DNA of 64,000 nucleotides from Acinetobacter phage vB_AbaSI_3. The notes under the pieces are model-generated. The model did no database searches. It saw nothing but the letters and a program-made list of their open reading frames with translations, and was not told where the DNA came from. Below are positions 51,697 to 62,660 of this stretch, one piece after another. Each line of letters starts with the position of its first letter. Position 1 is the first letter of the stretch. The translations under genes were made by a program, and so were the position numbers. Where the stretch lies: sequence record PQ382034.1; one strand, 5' to 3'.

Positions 51697-53646
51697 ATGG
51701 CAGATTTACCAAATTATACTCATGGGCAACTTCAACGAACAGTTAATGCTATTCCAGATGTTTTTGTTGGTGCCACATTCCAAGAAATAAAAAATTCTTT
51801 AATTAACTGGCTCGCTGGTCAAAAAGAATTCAAAGATTATGATTTTAGCGGGTCACGCATTAATGTATTATTAGATTTATTAGCATACAATACGTTATAT
51901 ATTCAACAATTCTCTAATACTGCAATATATGAATCATTTTTAAGAACCGCTAATTTAAGAAGTTCTATTGTTCAAGCCGCTCAAGATAATTCGTACTTAC
52001 CTAGTGGCATGACCGCTGCTGAAAATACCATTCAGCTACGTGTTTCTAACCCGACTAAACCAAATAAAATTACAATTCCACGCGGAACAAAATTTCTTGC
52101 TTATGCACGTGAAACTTCAGCTGATCCATATCCATTTGTTGTTACAGAAGATGTAGTAGCAGTTAAGGATTATCAAAATGAGTATTGGCCTATTGTTCGA
52201 TTAGCACAAGGGCGAATTGTTAGAACTGAATTATTATTTAACAGAAATGAACCGATTATCATACGAGACGAATTCATTGATCGCAATCATATCCAAGTCT
52301 TTGTAGATGGAGCAAGATGGACTAACTGGACTCATAAATCTATGGTCAATGCCGGTTCAACATCTACGATTTATTATGTTCGTGAGACAATCGATGGCTT
52401 CACTGAAATTTATTTTGGTGAAGGTGAATTATCAGTTTCAACAACCAATGGTGCTTTAGAAGCAAATTATATCGGTGGGCTTAAGCCTACACAAAATGCA
52501 TCAATTGCCATTGAATACATTCGTACTGATGGTGCAAAAGCAAATGGTGCAAAAGACTTCACATATGCCGATACTTTGCAATATATCACAATTGATGAAG
52601 TGATTGAAAACTTCAATAACGACCCGGATTATGTAGGTGCTGATGGCGGCGGTGATCCCGAAGATAAAGAGCGTATTCGTGAGATGGCCGCGGTTAAGCG
52701 TGAAGCTCAAATGCGGTGTGTTACCGCATCGGATTATGACTCATTTGTGTCTGAAAGATTTGGTTCTATTGTTCAAGCTGTTCAAACATTTACCGATTCA
52801 GATAAACCTGGCTATGCCTTTATTGCAATTAAACCAAAATCTGGATTGTACTTGACGGCTGTCCAACGCGAAGATATCCAAACTTATTTGAAAGAATATA
52901 ATTTAGCGCCTATTACGCCTTCAGTCATTTCACCTAACTACTTGTTTATAAAGCACAATATTCGTGTTACATATGCCATTAACAAGTTGCAAGAATCTGA
53001 GCAATGGCTTGAATCACAAATTCTTGATCAAATCGATAGATACTATATCGAAGATGTCGAATTGTTTAACAAATCCTTTGCTAAATCTAAAATGTTGACC
53101 TTTATTGATAATGCCGATCATTCTATTGTGGGTTCATCAGCTTCAATTCAACTGGTTCGTGAAATTCAAAACTTTTATGTTACACCAGAATCTGGGATTA
53201 AATACTATAACACTGTTAAACCTAGATCAATTGAATCTAATGAATTCCCATTTCTCCCTGGAAATGATTCAGACGCATATAATGTTAAAATTGTTTCTAC
53301 TGATGCAGATGCAAATAATAAAGGCAGTATTTTAATAGGACCGTTTGTGCCTGGTGATATTCCTTCTCATATTGCACCGTATACTAATGATGATTTTACA
53401 CGTGAAGTTATCGGAGCACAACGAGTTTATTACAAAATAGGTGAAGCCAATTACACAACAGATTATGTGTATTGGAATATGGGAGCGTTAGATGTAACAT
53501 CTGATAAGTTTGAGGTACAACAAATTGAACTTTATTCAGATCCAACTACGGATAATATTTTCACACGTGATGGATCATTGATTGTATTTGAAAATGACTT
53601 ACGCCCACAATACACAAAAATTACATTAGAGGCAATCACACAATGA
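51697..53646 (+). CDS. 6: baseplate wedge protein gp6
   Basis: Size (649 aa vs T4's 660) and conserved order 5-6-7-8. Confidence 0.75.
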   Translation: MADLPNYTHGQLQRTVNAIPDVFVGATFQEIKNSLINWLAGQKEFKDYDFSGSRINVLLDLLAYNTLYIQQFSNTAIYESFLRTANLRSSIVQAAQDNSYLPSGMTAAENTIQLRVSNPTKPNKITIPRGTKFLAYARETSADPYPFVVTEDVVAVKDYQNEYWPIVRLAQGRIVRTELLFNRNEPIIIRDEFIDRNHIQVFVDGARWTNWTHKSMVNAGSTSTIYYVRETIDGFTEIYFGEGELSVSTTNGALEANYIGGLKPTQNASIAIEYIRTDGAKANGAKDFTYADTLQYITIDEVIENFNNDPDYVGADGGGDPEDKERIREMAAVKREAQMRCVTASDYDSFVSERFGSIVQAVQTFTDSDKPGYAFIAIKPKSGLYLTAVQREDIQTYLKEYNLAPITPSVISPNYLFIKHNIRVTYAINKLQESEQWLESQILDQIDRYYIEDVELFNKSFAKSKMLTFIDNADHSIVGSSASIQLVREIQNFYVTPESGIKYYNTVKPRSIESNEFPFLPGNDSDAYNVKIVSTDADANNKGSILIGPFVPGDIPSHIAPYTNDDFTREVIGAQRVYYKIGEANYTTDYVYWNMGALDVTSDKFEVQQIELYSDPTTDNIFTRDGSLIVFENDLRPQYTKITLEAITQ

Positions 53647-56600
53647 CAGTAAAAGCGCCTATTATTACAAGTTTAACCATAGCTAAGCTTTCTGCTAATG
53701 CTGTACAATTGACTTGGGATGATGTAGGTGAGAACTTTTATTACTTAGTAGAGCTAACTGAAATTAGAGAGGACGATCAACCACGTTGGACTCCTCTCGG
53801 CTACACTGCAGACAATAGATGGTTCTCATCAGAATTAACAGCTTCATCATTTTATAAAATTCGTGTTGCAGTAGCATCAGAAGGCTTCGAGCAATCTGAT
53901 TGGGTAGAAACTGAACAATTCCAGACATTTGAGCAAAACGCGTATACGTTTGAATTGATGAATGAGTTAACACTCAACAAAAAATTCATTGATGAAAAAT
54001 TCATCAAAGGCAACAACTCATATGTTAATTTTAGCACAGACGTTATTCATGCTGCGTTGACTAATGAAACATTTACATATTCTGATGCATACACTGACAT
54101 CTCACAGATTCGCCCTTTCATTATAAAGGAAAATGAATACCATGAGATTCAAGGCGACATAACTTCAATTTGTCGTGACTTGGATCGTATGTACTTGATG
54201 GAAGATGAAGGTGTATTATACTTATTCGAACGGTGGCAAAATCTTGTTAAGGTTTCAAATGATAAAGGGCAAAACTGGCAAGCCGTAGGCTTGATGAATG
54301 ATCGTGTAGGTTGGCCTTTGTCTAAAACCGTTTTCTATCAAAATTCAACAACTAACTTTGTGTTAGGATGGGATTACCTATTCTACGGCAGAAAATCTAC
54401 TGATACACGTTGGTCATCAGACACGGTTAGATTTTCCAATGATGACATCACCTTTGCTAAAATTGGTGACACACTTAACTTAGGATTTGATGTCAATATT
54501 TTTGGTAATTATGCAATGCTTCCTGGGGATGTGGCTAAAATTGGCGAAGCTATTACATGCAATGAAGATTATATCTACATTGTTGCTCGCGATAAAGTTA
54601 GATTCATTAAAGCAAAAAATCCACCAGTTGATAATACTCCTGGGTCTCCTACTGAAGGCCAAAAAATATTTGAAACCGCGTTCCATAACATTACTGGCAA
54701 TAACAAAGCAGTTACATGGAAAATGGACTCAGTTGGAGGACAAGTATTTGCTTTAGTCATTGGAGAAGTGGCTAATTATGGCGATGACCCACGCAAGGTG
54801 CCTATTCTCGATTCAGAGTCTAAAGGAGTCTGGATGCTTAAAGACCATGATGCTGGTACATGGGTGCGTGTATTTGGTAACACAGAAGAAGAGCGTCGCC
54901 GCATTGAAGTTGGCTATACAAATATGTCATGTGATGAAAAGGAAATATTCATTTCATCTAGCAACTATAAAGTCATTGAATCCGACATTGTGGATGACCC
55001 GGACACAGTTGCTAAATATCCAGATCAAGTTAATGCTGCCGTAAAAAATCTTTATGAACCACAATGGATTCATGATAAACATTTAATGATGATGTCATTT
55101 AGGGCTAATGGTGAAGATGGCTGGGACAAATGGGCACCTGGACGCATGCGTTATTATGCTGAGCCATATTTTAGCAAATGCACTAATTCTGGCACAAGAT
55201 GTTGGGTAAACAACTCTAACAAAGTTGTGATGGTTTATTCTGATGTACAGCATGAGTACGCTATTGATCCATATCCTGTTACATCTCCTAGTAGATATAT
55301 GGAAGAAGTTTGGAATACTGGTGATTGTACAGTGATTTTCCCTAATATTGAATTTAACAACTTCACTCAGTACTCTAATGGGATAATTTTCTTCAAACAG
55401 TCAGGCGAGTTGATTGGATACTTTGAATTTAACTATCGTGTTAAAGATAACGTTCGTGTAGTGTGGAAGCCATCAAATACCTTCCTTAAAGCATTTATGC
55501 AGAACCAGACCAGAGAAGATCCATGGACTCCTGATGATGCAGGCGGCTATAATAACCCTGACTTAAGACCATTCTTAACTAGAATGATTCCAGATAGCTA
55601 TTTGTTAGAGAATTCAACATTTGAAAAGTTCTGCGAATATTACATTCAATATATTTCAGATGGTTATGGAACACCTTATAATAATTTGGTTAACCTAATT
55701 CGCGACAAATATCCTAAAGAGAAACATTCGTGGGAGTACATGTGGTCAGAAATTTATAAACGTAACATTTATTTGAATAAAGATAAGCGTGATCTTGTAG
55801 CTAGATTCTTTGAGACACGCAAAAATGATTTCTACTCTACTAAAGGTATCGAGGCGTCATATAAGTTCTTATTCAAAGTGCTCTATAATGAGGATGTTGA
55901 GATCGATATTGAATCACTCAATGGGCTTGAGTATGACATCATTGTGGAATCAGACAACATCACTGAAGATTTAGCCGGTAGAACAGTTTACACTGCAACC
56001 GGTCGTTCAAATGTTACATATATTGAGCGCCATTACACTAAAGGTAAGCTTCAATGGAAATTGACAATCCATAATTTGCTTGGGAGATTTATTGCCGGCC
56101 AAGAGATTAAATCGGAACGAACTAATTTTGAAGGCATGATTGTACAAGGTGTACGTGGCAAAGATATGACATCTAACACTATTGAATACATCAATAGAGG
56201 AAGAGCATACTATGTTATGAAAATTAAATCTGCATTGCCATCGTCTCGATATCGTGATGACGTGTTACGATTTGTACATCCGGTGGGTTTTGGCTTCATT
56301 GGTATCACATTGATCACAATGTTTATTAATTCTGGATTGAGTATGAAGCATACTGAAACAGTAATAAATAAATTAAAAGTGTATAGATGGGATTCTGGTA
56401 TTCCAACAATGTGGCCGGATAGAATTGCTAAATTAGGACCTAATGGCAAGATTGATAGAGACCCTGTTACAGGTGAACCTATCTATTTAGATCACCATAA
56501 TAAAGGCAAAGAATATGAATTGTCCGATGCAGAAAAAACACAATATCTTAAAGATAATCCAGGTACATTCTATGGATTTAATGCATTAGAATTGCGTCGT

Positions 56601-56735
56601 CCTATGAGTCCACTATTTGATCAATCTGCAGTAACATTCGCTAGATTCAGGAATCTTGTAGATGAGCGCCTTAAAGACGATATTGGAAATCCTCGAGATC
56701 CATCGAACCCAACACAGGTACAAATAAATGAATGA
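53643..56735 (+). CDS. 7: baseplate wedge protein gp7
   Basis: Size (1030 aa vs T4's 1032) and conserved order. Confidence 0.8.
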   Translation: MTVKAPIITSLTIAKLSANAVQLTWDDVGENFYYLVELTEIREDDQPRWTPLGYTADNRWFSSELTASSFYKIRVAVASEGFEQSDWVETEQFQTFEQNAYTFELMNELTLNKKFIDEKFIKGNNSYVNFSTDVIHAALTNETFTYSDAYTDISQIRPFIIKENEYHEIQGDITSICRDLDRMYLMEDEGVLYLFERWQNLVKVSNDKGQNWQAVGLMNDRVGWPLSKTVFYQNSTTNFVLGWDYLFYGRKSTDTRWSSDTVRFSNDDITFAKIGDTLNLGFDVNIFGNYAMLPGDVAKIGEAITCNEDYIYIVARDKVRFIKAKNPPVDNTPGSPTEGQKIFETAFHNITGNNKAVTWKMDSVGGQVFALVIGEVANYGDDPRKVPILDSESKGVWMLKDHDAGTWVRVFGNTEEERRRIEVGYTNMSCDEKEIFISSSNYKVIESDIVDDPDTVAKYPDQVNAAVKNLYEPQWIHDKHLMMMSFRANGEDGWDKWAPGRMRYYAEPYFSKCTNSGTRCWVNNSNKVVMVYSDVQHEYAIDPYPVTSPSRYMEEVWNTGDCTVIFPNIEFNNFTQYSNGIIFFKQSGELIGYFEFNYRVKDNVRVVWKPSNTFLKAFMQNQTREDPWTPDDAGGYNNPDLRPFLTRMIPDSYLLENSTFEKFCEYYIQYISDGYGTPYNNLVNLIRDKYPKEKHSWEYMWSEIYKRNIYLNKDKRDLVARFFETRKNDFYSTKGIEASYKFLFKVLYNEDVEIDIESLNGLEYDIIVESDNITEDLAGRTVYTATGRSNVTYIERHYTKGKLQWKLTIHNLLGRFIAGQEIKSERTNFEGMIVQGVRGKDMTSNTIEYINRGRAYYVMKIKSALPSSRYRDDVLRFVHPVGFGFIGITLITMFINSGLSMKHTETVINKLKVYRWDSGIPTMWPDRIAKLGPNGKIDRDPVTGEPIYLDHHNKGKEYELSDAEKTQYLKDNPGTFYGFNALELRRPMSPLFDQSAVTFARFRNLVDERLKDDIGNPRDPSNPTQVQINE

Positions 56736-57732
56736 TAGTTCAATGGTATATCGTGCGATAATCACATCAAAATTTCGCACTGAAAAAATGCTAAATTTTT
56801 ATAAGTCTATTGGAGACGGCCCAAATGATAACACTATCTATTTGACATTCGGGCGAGATACACCATGGTCGCCATCAGAAAATGAACCCGGCTTCGCGCC
56901 ACCGTATCCTGTAGATAATCCTGCAGGCGTTACTGATGTATGGACAAATATTCTCGGTGCGGTAAAGGTACAACAATCATATCTTGATGCAGTTGTACCA
57001 CGTAAAGATTGGGGTGACAGACGTTACCCTAACCCTTTAACATTTCACATTGGCGATATTGTTGTAACAAATACTATGCCAAACAACAGAGCACCATCTG
57101 CCGAAGGTTGGATGGTCTACAAAGTAGTCGATGTGCCTGAAGATGGTACATGTTCTATTAGCTCAATAACTGAAAAAATGGAATGTTTAAAACTTGGTGG
57201 CAAATGGACGTCTGGTGTTGAAAGTTTCTTCCCGCCTACAGGCCGTGGAGATACTGAAGGCATGGTAGATACTGGCGATGGATACAAATGGGAATATTTG
57301 TACGAAATCCCACCTGATGTGTCTATCAATAGATGTACGAATGAATATATTGTTGTGCCATGGCCAGATGAAATTGCAGCAGACCCTAAACGCTGGGGAT
57401 ACCAAAATAATTTGACTTGGCAACAAGATGATTACGGGCTGCTTTTTAGAATTAAAGCTGTTATTATGAGATTTAAAGCATATCTTGATTCGGTCTACTT
57501 CCCTGAAGCATCCGTTCTTGGTAACAAAGGGTTCAGACAAATCTCAATGATTATGAATCCATTAGAAGCTAAATCTGATCCAACACAACCTAACAAGAAA
57601 GCCATTGCAAATTATTATGGCAAAAATGGATTAAATAGGCACTCTGGTGAAATGGTCTATATCGAAAATCGACAGCCGATTATTAGAGCACTCGATCAGA
57701 CGGAGGAAGTTTCCATATTTTTCGAATTCTAA
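56728..57732 (+). CDS. 8: baseplate wedge protein gp8
   Basis: Size (334 aa, identical to T4) and conserved order. Confidence 0.8.
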   Translation: MNDSSMVYRAIITSKFRTEKMLNFYKSIGDGPNDNTIYLTFGRDTPWSPSENEPGFAPPYPVDNPAGVTDVWTNILGAVKVQQSYLDAVVPRKDWGDRRYPNPLTFHIGDIVVTNTMPNNRAPSAEGWMVYKVVDVPEDGTCSISSITEKMECLKLGGKWTSGVESFFPPTGRGDTEGMVDTGDGYKWEYLYEIPPDVSINRCTNEYIVVPWPDEIAADPKRWGYQNNLTWQQDDYGLLFRIKAVIMRFKAYLDSVYFPEASVLGNKGFRQISMIMNPLEAKSDPTQPNKKAIANYYGKNGLNRHSGEMVYIENRQPIIRALDQTEEVSIFFEF

Positions 57733-57737
57733 CAACA

Positions 57738-57753
57738 GGGACCTTTAGGTCCC
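57738..57753 (+). terminator. GC hairpin gggacctttaggtccc after gene 8
   Basis: A perfect 6-bp stem with a ttta loop, 6 nt after the gp8 stop. Confidence 0.45.
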
Positions 57754-57760
57754 AATGTTG

Positions 57761-57768
57761 TATAAATA
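57761..57768 (+). promoter_or_regulatory. late promoter TATAAATA for gene 9
   Basis: gttgTATAAATAtt occurs 24 nt upstream of the gp9 ATG, preceded by the hairpin. Confidence 0.55.
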
Positions 57769-57791
57769 TTAAAATTATAAGAGGATTACGT

Positions 57792-58658
57792 ATGTTCATA
57801 CAACAACCAAAGATGGAAATCGATGTCGGCGAAATTGGCAATGCATCTACTGGTGATATTCTTTTTGATGGTGGTGAGAAGATCAATAGCAATTTCACTG
57901 CAATTTATAATCAGTTTGGTGATCAACGGATGTATAATGCTAATACTCAAGTAGGCAACCAAACGATACATGCTACTGGCTATTATCAAAAAGTTTCAGG
58001 CATAGACCTCCGTTCAGCAGTAACTCTAGGTTCCATGTGGGATATTGATACTAATCCTACAGGTGGAGCTAATCCAATTTTGCCTAAAGGCAAACCTGGC
58101 GAATGCGTAAAATTCATCAACTCGAATGGTAGTTGCTCAGTCAATCAGCCTATTGATATTCAAGTTATTGATGGTTCGTTTGTAGGCATTCAAGGTGGAT
58201 TGAAAATTACTCAGCCGTATTGCATGGTCGATTGTTGGTGTATAGCAGTTAATAACAATATTGCTATTTGGAACTATTCTATTAAATCAATGTTTGGTTC
58301 ATTTGAGACTCCAGTAGAGGTCACAAAATCTGTACCTGCAAACACGCCTACGGAGATTCCTATTGCGCACTTTAGTGAATATAACTCATTAAAACTACTT
58401 ATTACCGCTCAAACTCAAAATGGTGAGATTTCTCGCCAATCAGAAGTAAATATCTTAATTGACAGATATTTAAAAAATGTCCATCATACAGAGTTTGGTG
58501 TTATCCGAATCGGTAACAAATCTGAAGAAGATGAGATTGTAGATATTAAATACAATATATCTAGTGCTGGTGTACTGACATGCACAGTATCTACAAAGAT
58601 TAATAATATGAGAGTTGCAATCAAAAGTATAGCTACACAAAGACTTGGATCAGCATAA
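57792..58658 (+). CDS. 9: baseplate protein gp9 (long-tail-fiber socket)
   Basis: Size (288 aa, identical to T4) and conserved order. Confidence 0.8.
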   Translation: MFIQQPKMEIDVGEIGNASTGDILFDGGEKINSNFTAIYNQFGDQRMYNANTQVGNQTIHATGYYQKVSGIDLRSAVTLGSMWDIDTNPTGGANPILPKGKPGECVKFINSNGSCSVNQPIDIQVIDGSFVGIQGGLKITQPYCMVDCWCIAVNNNIAIWNYSIKSMFGSFETPVEVTKSVPANTPTEIPIAHFSEYNSLKLLITAQTQNGEISRQSEVNILIDRYLKNVHHTEFGVIRIGNKSEEDEIVDIKYNISSAGVLTCTVSTKINNMRVAIKSIATQRLGSA

Positions 58659-60475
58659 TGAAAGAATTAGTAAACATTGGACAAATGGTTGATGATGGCA
58701 CAGGAGATTATCTTCGTGAAGGTGGCATCAAGATCAATAACAACTTTACCGAAACCTATGATGAATTAGGCGATGGAAAGAATTTGCATCCTGCTGGTGC
58801 TTGGCAGACTATTGAAGCACATAAACTCACAAATGGCACACTGAATGCTGTATTCGGGAAGTCATATGCAGTTGATACGGGAACATCTAAAGCAACAATA
58901 AAATTACCTAAAGGCACTCCAGCCGATTACAATAAAGTTATTAGAATTCGAGATACATTTTCTACCTGGCAGGCCAATGCAGTTACAATTGAGCCTGCTA
59001 GTGGAGACACATTAAAAGGTGGTGGAACACGTGTCTTTAGTACAAACCTTACTGACTTAGAATTAGTTTATTGTCGTCCTAATCGCTGGGAATATCTACC
59101 AAACAAATTACTTAATAAAATTTCAAATGGCGATATTGCTACAGTAATGAAAAAGGAATATTTGTGTACTGAAGGGCAAACAGATTTTCTTAATATTTTT
59201 GACAATAACGACTATAACTTAGTCAACACACATGTCTATTTACGTGGCAACTTGCTTTATTACGGCAAAGATTTTTCTGATGATTCCGATTATGGTAGCC
59301 CTGGAGCAACGGCTGGCGCACTAGTTCCATTAGATGGCAAAAGTATCAGATTACGTACACCTGCTCAAAAGGGCGATTCATTAATGGTAGTAACTTACCT
59401 AGATGGCATCGCACAATTCAGATCAACGTATAACCGTTTGGATTGTACTATTCTTGATGCTAAATTAACCAATGAAGTTACCGCACCAGGTGCACGTTTA
59501 GTTGCAGATCTTGAAACATTGGATTCAATAACTGTTGAACAGCTCGGATACGTCTTCAATAGCAATAGCGGTTTAATTAATACCAATACACTGGAAGTGT
59601 ATGTCAATGGTGTTATTTTGAATATGGCAGGGCGTGCAGGCTTACCGATGATGTATTGTGAAGGCGCTGATGCCAATAATTTGACTGATTGTCAATTAAT
59701 GGGTGGTAATTGGGTTACTTCACACAATGACTACACAATTACTACAAATGATAACGGAGCGGTAACAAGCATAGAATTTGGACGAAAATTTGAACATGGT
59801 GACATCGTAACTATTAAATGGTTCAACAATGACATTGGCACAACAATGGAAATTGATGAAATCACAGATGTAACAGATGACATGTATATCCAACGTGGTC
59901 CTGAATACAATATTTCAGGTGCAGTTCGTGTAACAGATTATACAAACCCAGTTTTGCCGAATGTAGAACCAGAAGCTCAGAAATTTGTACGTGTACAAGT
60001 GCCGGGCGACATGTTTGATTTGCTATATCCTGTTGGCACCATCTATGAAAATGCTATCAACAAATCTAATCCTGTAACATATATGGGCTTTGGTGTTTGG
60101 ACAAGATGGGGCGAAAAACGAGTACTTGTTGGCTGGACTGAAGACAACCAAGATACGCAGTTTGGTTTAAATAATAATGACCTTGACATTAATGGGCAGC
60201 CAACACATACTGCAGGTGGTACAGGCGGAAATCGAACAATTACTATTACAAATGATAATATGCCGTCAACCGTTACTGATAAAGAGGTTCTTGTTGCTGA
60301 TGTAGATGGGCCTGTTGTAATCGGCGGATGTCAATTTGATCCTGATGATTCCGGACCGGCGTATTATAAATATCGCCAAGAAAAAGTTACAACTAATGTT
60401 ACTCATATTCCACCTAAACCTATTGAAACACTAGATCCATACATCACAGTGTATCGTTGGATGAGGATTGCATAA
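58658..60475 (+). CDS. 10: baseplate wedge protein gp10
   Basis: Size (605 aa vs T4's 602) and conserved order. Confidence 0.8.
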   Translation: MKELVNIGQMVDDGTGDYLREGGIKINNNFTETYDELGDGKNLHPAGAWQTIEAHKLTNGTLNAVFGKSYAVDTGTSKATIKLPKGTPADYNKVIRIRDTFSTWQANAVTIEPASGDTLKGGGTRVFSTNLTDLELVYCRPNRWEYLPNKLLNKISNGDIATVMKKEYLCTEGQTDFLNIFDNNDYNLVNTHVYLRGNLLYYGKDFSDDSDYGSPGATAGALVPLDGKSIRLRTPAQKGDSLMVVTYLDGIAQFRSTYNRLDCTILDAKLTNEVTAPGARLVADLETLDSITVEQLGYVFNSNSGLINTNTLEVYVNGVILNMAGRAGLPMMYCEGADANNLTDCQLMGGNWVTSHNDYTITTNDNGAVTSIEFGRKFEHGDIVTIKWFNNDIGTTMEIDEITDVTDDMYIQRGPEYNISGAVRVTDYTNPVLPNVEPEAQKFVRVQVPGDMFDLLYPVGTIYENAINKSNPVTYMGFGVWTRWGEKRVLVGWTEDNQDTQFGLNNNDLDINGQPTHTAGGTGGNRTITITNDNMPSTVTDKEVLVADVDGPVVIGGCQFDPDDSGPAYYKYRQEKVTTNVTHIPPKPIETLDPYITVYRWMRIA

Positions 60476-61134
60476 TGGTAAGTAAAAATTTATCTCTAAC
60501 ACATAACACATCTAGAGATGCTACTCAGCATGAATTTGATGTTCAGAAAGGTAGTATTATTGTTGGTAACACTCAGCCTTATGGGTCTCCGACAATTAGA
60601 AGCACCGCCAAAGGCGTAAAATATCCAAATGTACAAGCGGCCATTGATGACATGGCTGCATTGTATGAGTTGCCGCTTAACACAGTTATCGTCAATGATG
60701 ACGGTATAGAACCAGGCGGCAAACCACAACAAGATGAATTCAAATTTTCTGGTATTGTAGCGTATCCTGGAAAAACAAAGGACCAACCAGTCCAGTTTAA
60801 TTTCTTAGGCTTTGTTGTTACAGCATTAGTTGGAGAGACAGGTGAAATGGTTGCAGCTAAAGTTTTACGAGAGTTGCAAATTGCAATGAATAACAATTTT
60901 GTAATTAATCGTGTCAACTTTGGTGCATCAAATGATATTTTACAAATAGTATATAATGACTGTCAATCACACAACATCGGTGAATTTGTAGAATGTGGTA
61001 TTAGAATATCGCAAACTATTACCTCTCCAGCACGTCCAGGATATGGAGTCTGGAGTCGTTTAGGTACGCAAACTATTGCTTTAGATGGTGCTGGCGGTAA
61101 CACAGTTCTTTATTATTTTAAGAGAGTAAGCTAA
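60457..61134 (+). CDS. 11: baseplate wedge protein gp11 (short-tail-fiber attachment)
   Basis: Size (225 aa vs T4's 219) and conserved order. Confidence 0.75.
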   Translation: MDEDCIMVSKNLSLTHNTSRDATQHEFDVQKGSIIVGNTQPYGSPTIRSTAKGVKYPNVQAAIDDMAALYELPLNTVIVNDDGIEPGGKPQQDEFKFSGIVAYPGKTKDQPVQFNFLGFVVTALVGETGEMVAAKVLRELQIAMNNNFVINRVNFGASNDILQIVYNDCQSHNIGEFVECGIRISQTITSPARPGYGVWSRLGTQTIALDGAGGNTVLYYFKRVS

Positions 61135-62660
61135 TGGCGACACCACTTAATAATACATACAAACACATTGCAGATGCAGCACAATATATCTCATTCAATC
61201 CGACAGGTACAAGTTTTCCTGCAACTGTAGTAGATGTTCAAGCTGCATTGGCCCTTACTTCTCCTACTACATACGCCACTGCCACTACCGCAGGTGTTGT
61301 CAAAATTGCTACCAAAGATGAAGTTTTAGCAGGGGTTGATAACACAAAAATGGTGACACCATTCACTCTAAATGAGAGAATGAAATATCCCGATGCCACT
61401 ACAACAGTTAAAGGGCTTGTAACTTTAGCTACTAATGCGGAGGCTCAAGCCGGAGCCATAACTACAAATAAGGCTATCAATCCGGCAAGTTTGAAATACA
61501 CACTTGATTGGTGGTGGAACAATAAATTAGCATCTGAATCTGCACAAGGTGTTATTAAATTATCTACACAACAAGCCGCACAAGCCGGAGTAGATGATTC
61601 TACCGCAATGACACCATTAAAGGTCAAACAAGCCATTGCAGCTGCCACAGCACAAATTCCACAACCTGTACAAGCTACTGAGGCTGCACCTGGTATAGTT
61701 CAACTTGCAACAATTGGGCAAGCACAACAAGGTACTTTAAGAGATGGATATGCAATCTCGCCATATACTCTTCAACGTATTACAGGAAGTCTTACAACAC
61801 GTGGATTAGTCCAAGCTGCAACTTTAGCACAAGCTAACACAGGGACAGATGACACCTTATACATTTCTGCTAAAGGATTCAAAACATATAATGCTACCAC
61901 TACAAATTATGGTACAGTTAAATTAACTGATACACTTGGAACCACCGGTGCTGGTGTCGTGTTAAGTTCTAATGCTAAAGTATTAAGCACTGTATCTACC
62001 GGTACACAAACTGTCACAGGCATTGTTAATTTTACTGGAACACTTCAACTTCAAGGACAACCAGTAGCCAATCAAAAATATGTTAAAGATTCTATTCCGG
62101 TTGGCGTCATGATGGAATGGTTCGGCGATTCAGCGCCTCCTGGAGGTATGTGGGCATTATGCGACGGCGGAGCCGAATCAAAGGCTGCACGACCAGAGCT
62201 TTTTGCGGTTATTGGCTATAAATTCGGCGGTTCTGGTGATACATTCTATCGCCCAGATATGAGAGGTCTTTATGCTCGTGGTGCTGGTCGTGGTAAAGAC
62301 ATCATTGCAAACACTGGGTATGATGAGTTCAATAAACCTCTATTAGGTAATGGTGTAGATGGCGGTGTTGTTGGACAAGTTCAAAAGCAACAAATTCGTG
62401 AACATAAACACATTATTTCTTGGGGCGAAAATCGTTGGGAGACACCTAACTTCCCATTTGGTGGCACACAGTTAAGTAAATATTGGGGGACTGCTGGTCG
62501 GGAAGATCATGATAATGGTTGGATGTTCTCTAACGATGGAACAGAATTTGAACCTGCATCAGTGCGGACCGAATATTCTACTGTCAACTCTAAAGAGTTA
62601 ATTGGATCAGAGACACGCCCATGGAGCATGTCAGTAAACTATATTATTAAGGTGGCTTAA
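61134..62660 (+). CDS. 12: short tail fiber gp12
   Basis: Size (508 aa vs T4's 527); Ala/Thr/Gly-rich repeats; C-terminal receptor-binding domain with HKH. Confidence 0.8.
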   Translation: MATPLNNTYKHIADAAQYISFNPTGTSFPATVVDVQAALALTSPTTYATATTAGVVKIATKDEVLAGVDNTKMVTPFTLNERMKYPDATTTVKGLVTLATNAEAQAGAITTNKAINPASLKYTLDWWWNNKLASESAQGVIKLSTQQAAQAGVDDSTAMTPLKVKQAIAAATAQIPQPVQATEAAPGIVQLATIGQAQQGTLRDGYAISPYTLQRITGSLTTRGLVQAATLAQANTGTDDTLYISAKGFKTYNATTTNYGTVKLTDTLGTTGAGVVLSSNAKVLSTVSTGTQTVTGIVNFTGTLQLQGQPVANQKYVKDSIPVGVMMEWFGDSAPPGGMWALCDGGAESKAARPELFAVIGYKFGGSGDTFYRPDMRGLYARGAGRGKDIIANTGYDEFNKPLLGNGVDGGVVGQVQKQQIREHKHIISWGENRWETPNFPFGGTQLSKYWGTAGREDHDNGWMFSNDGTEFEPASVRTEYSTVNSKELIGSETRPWSMSVNYIIKVA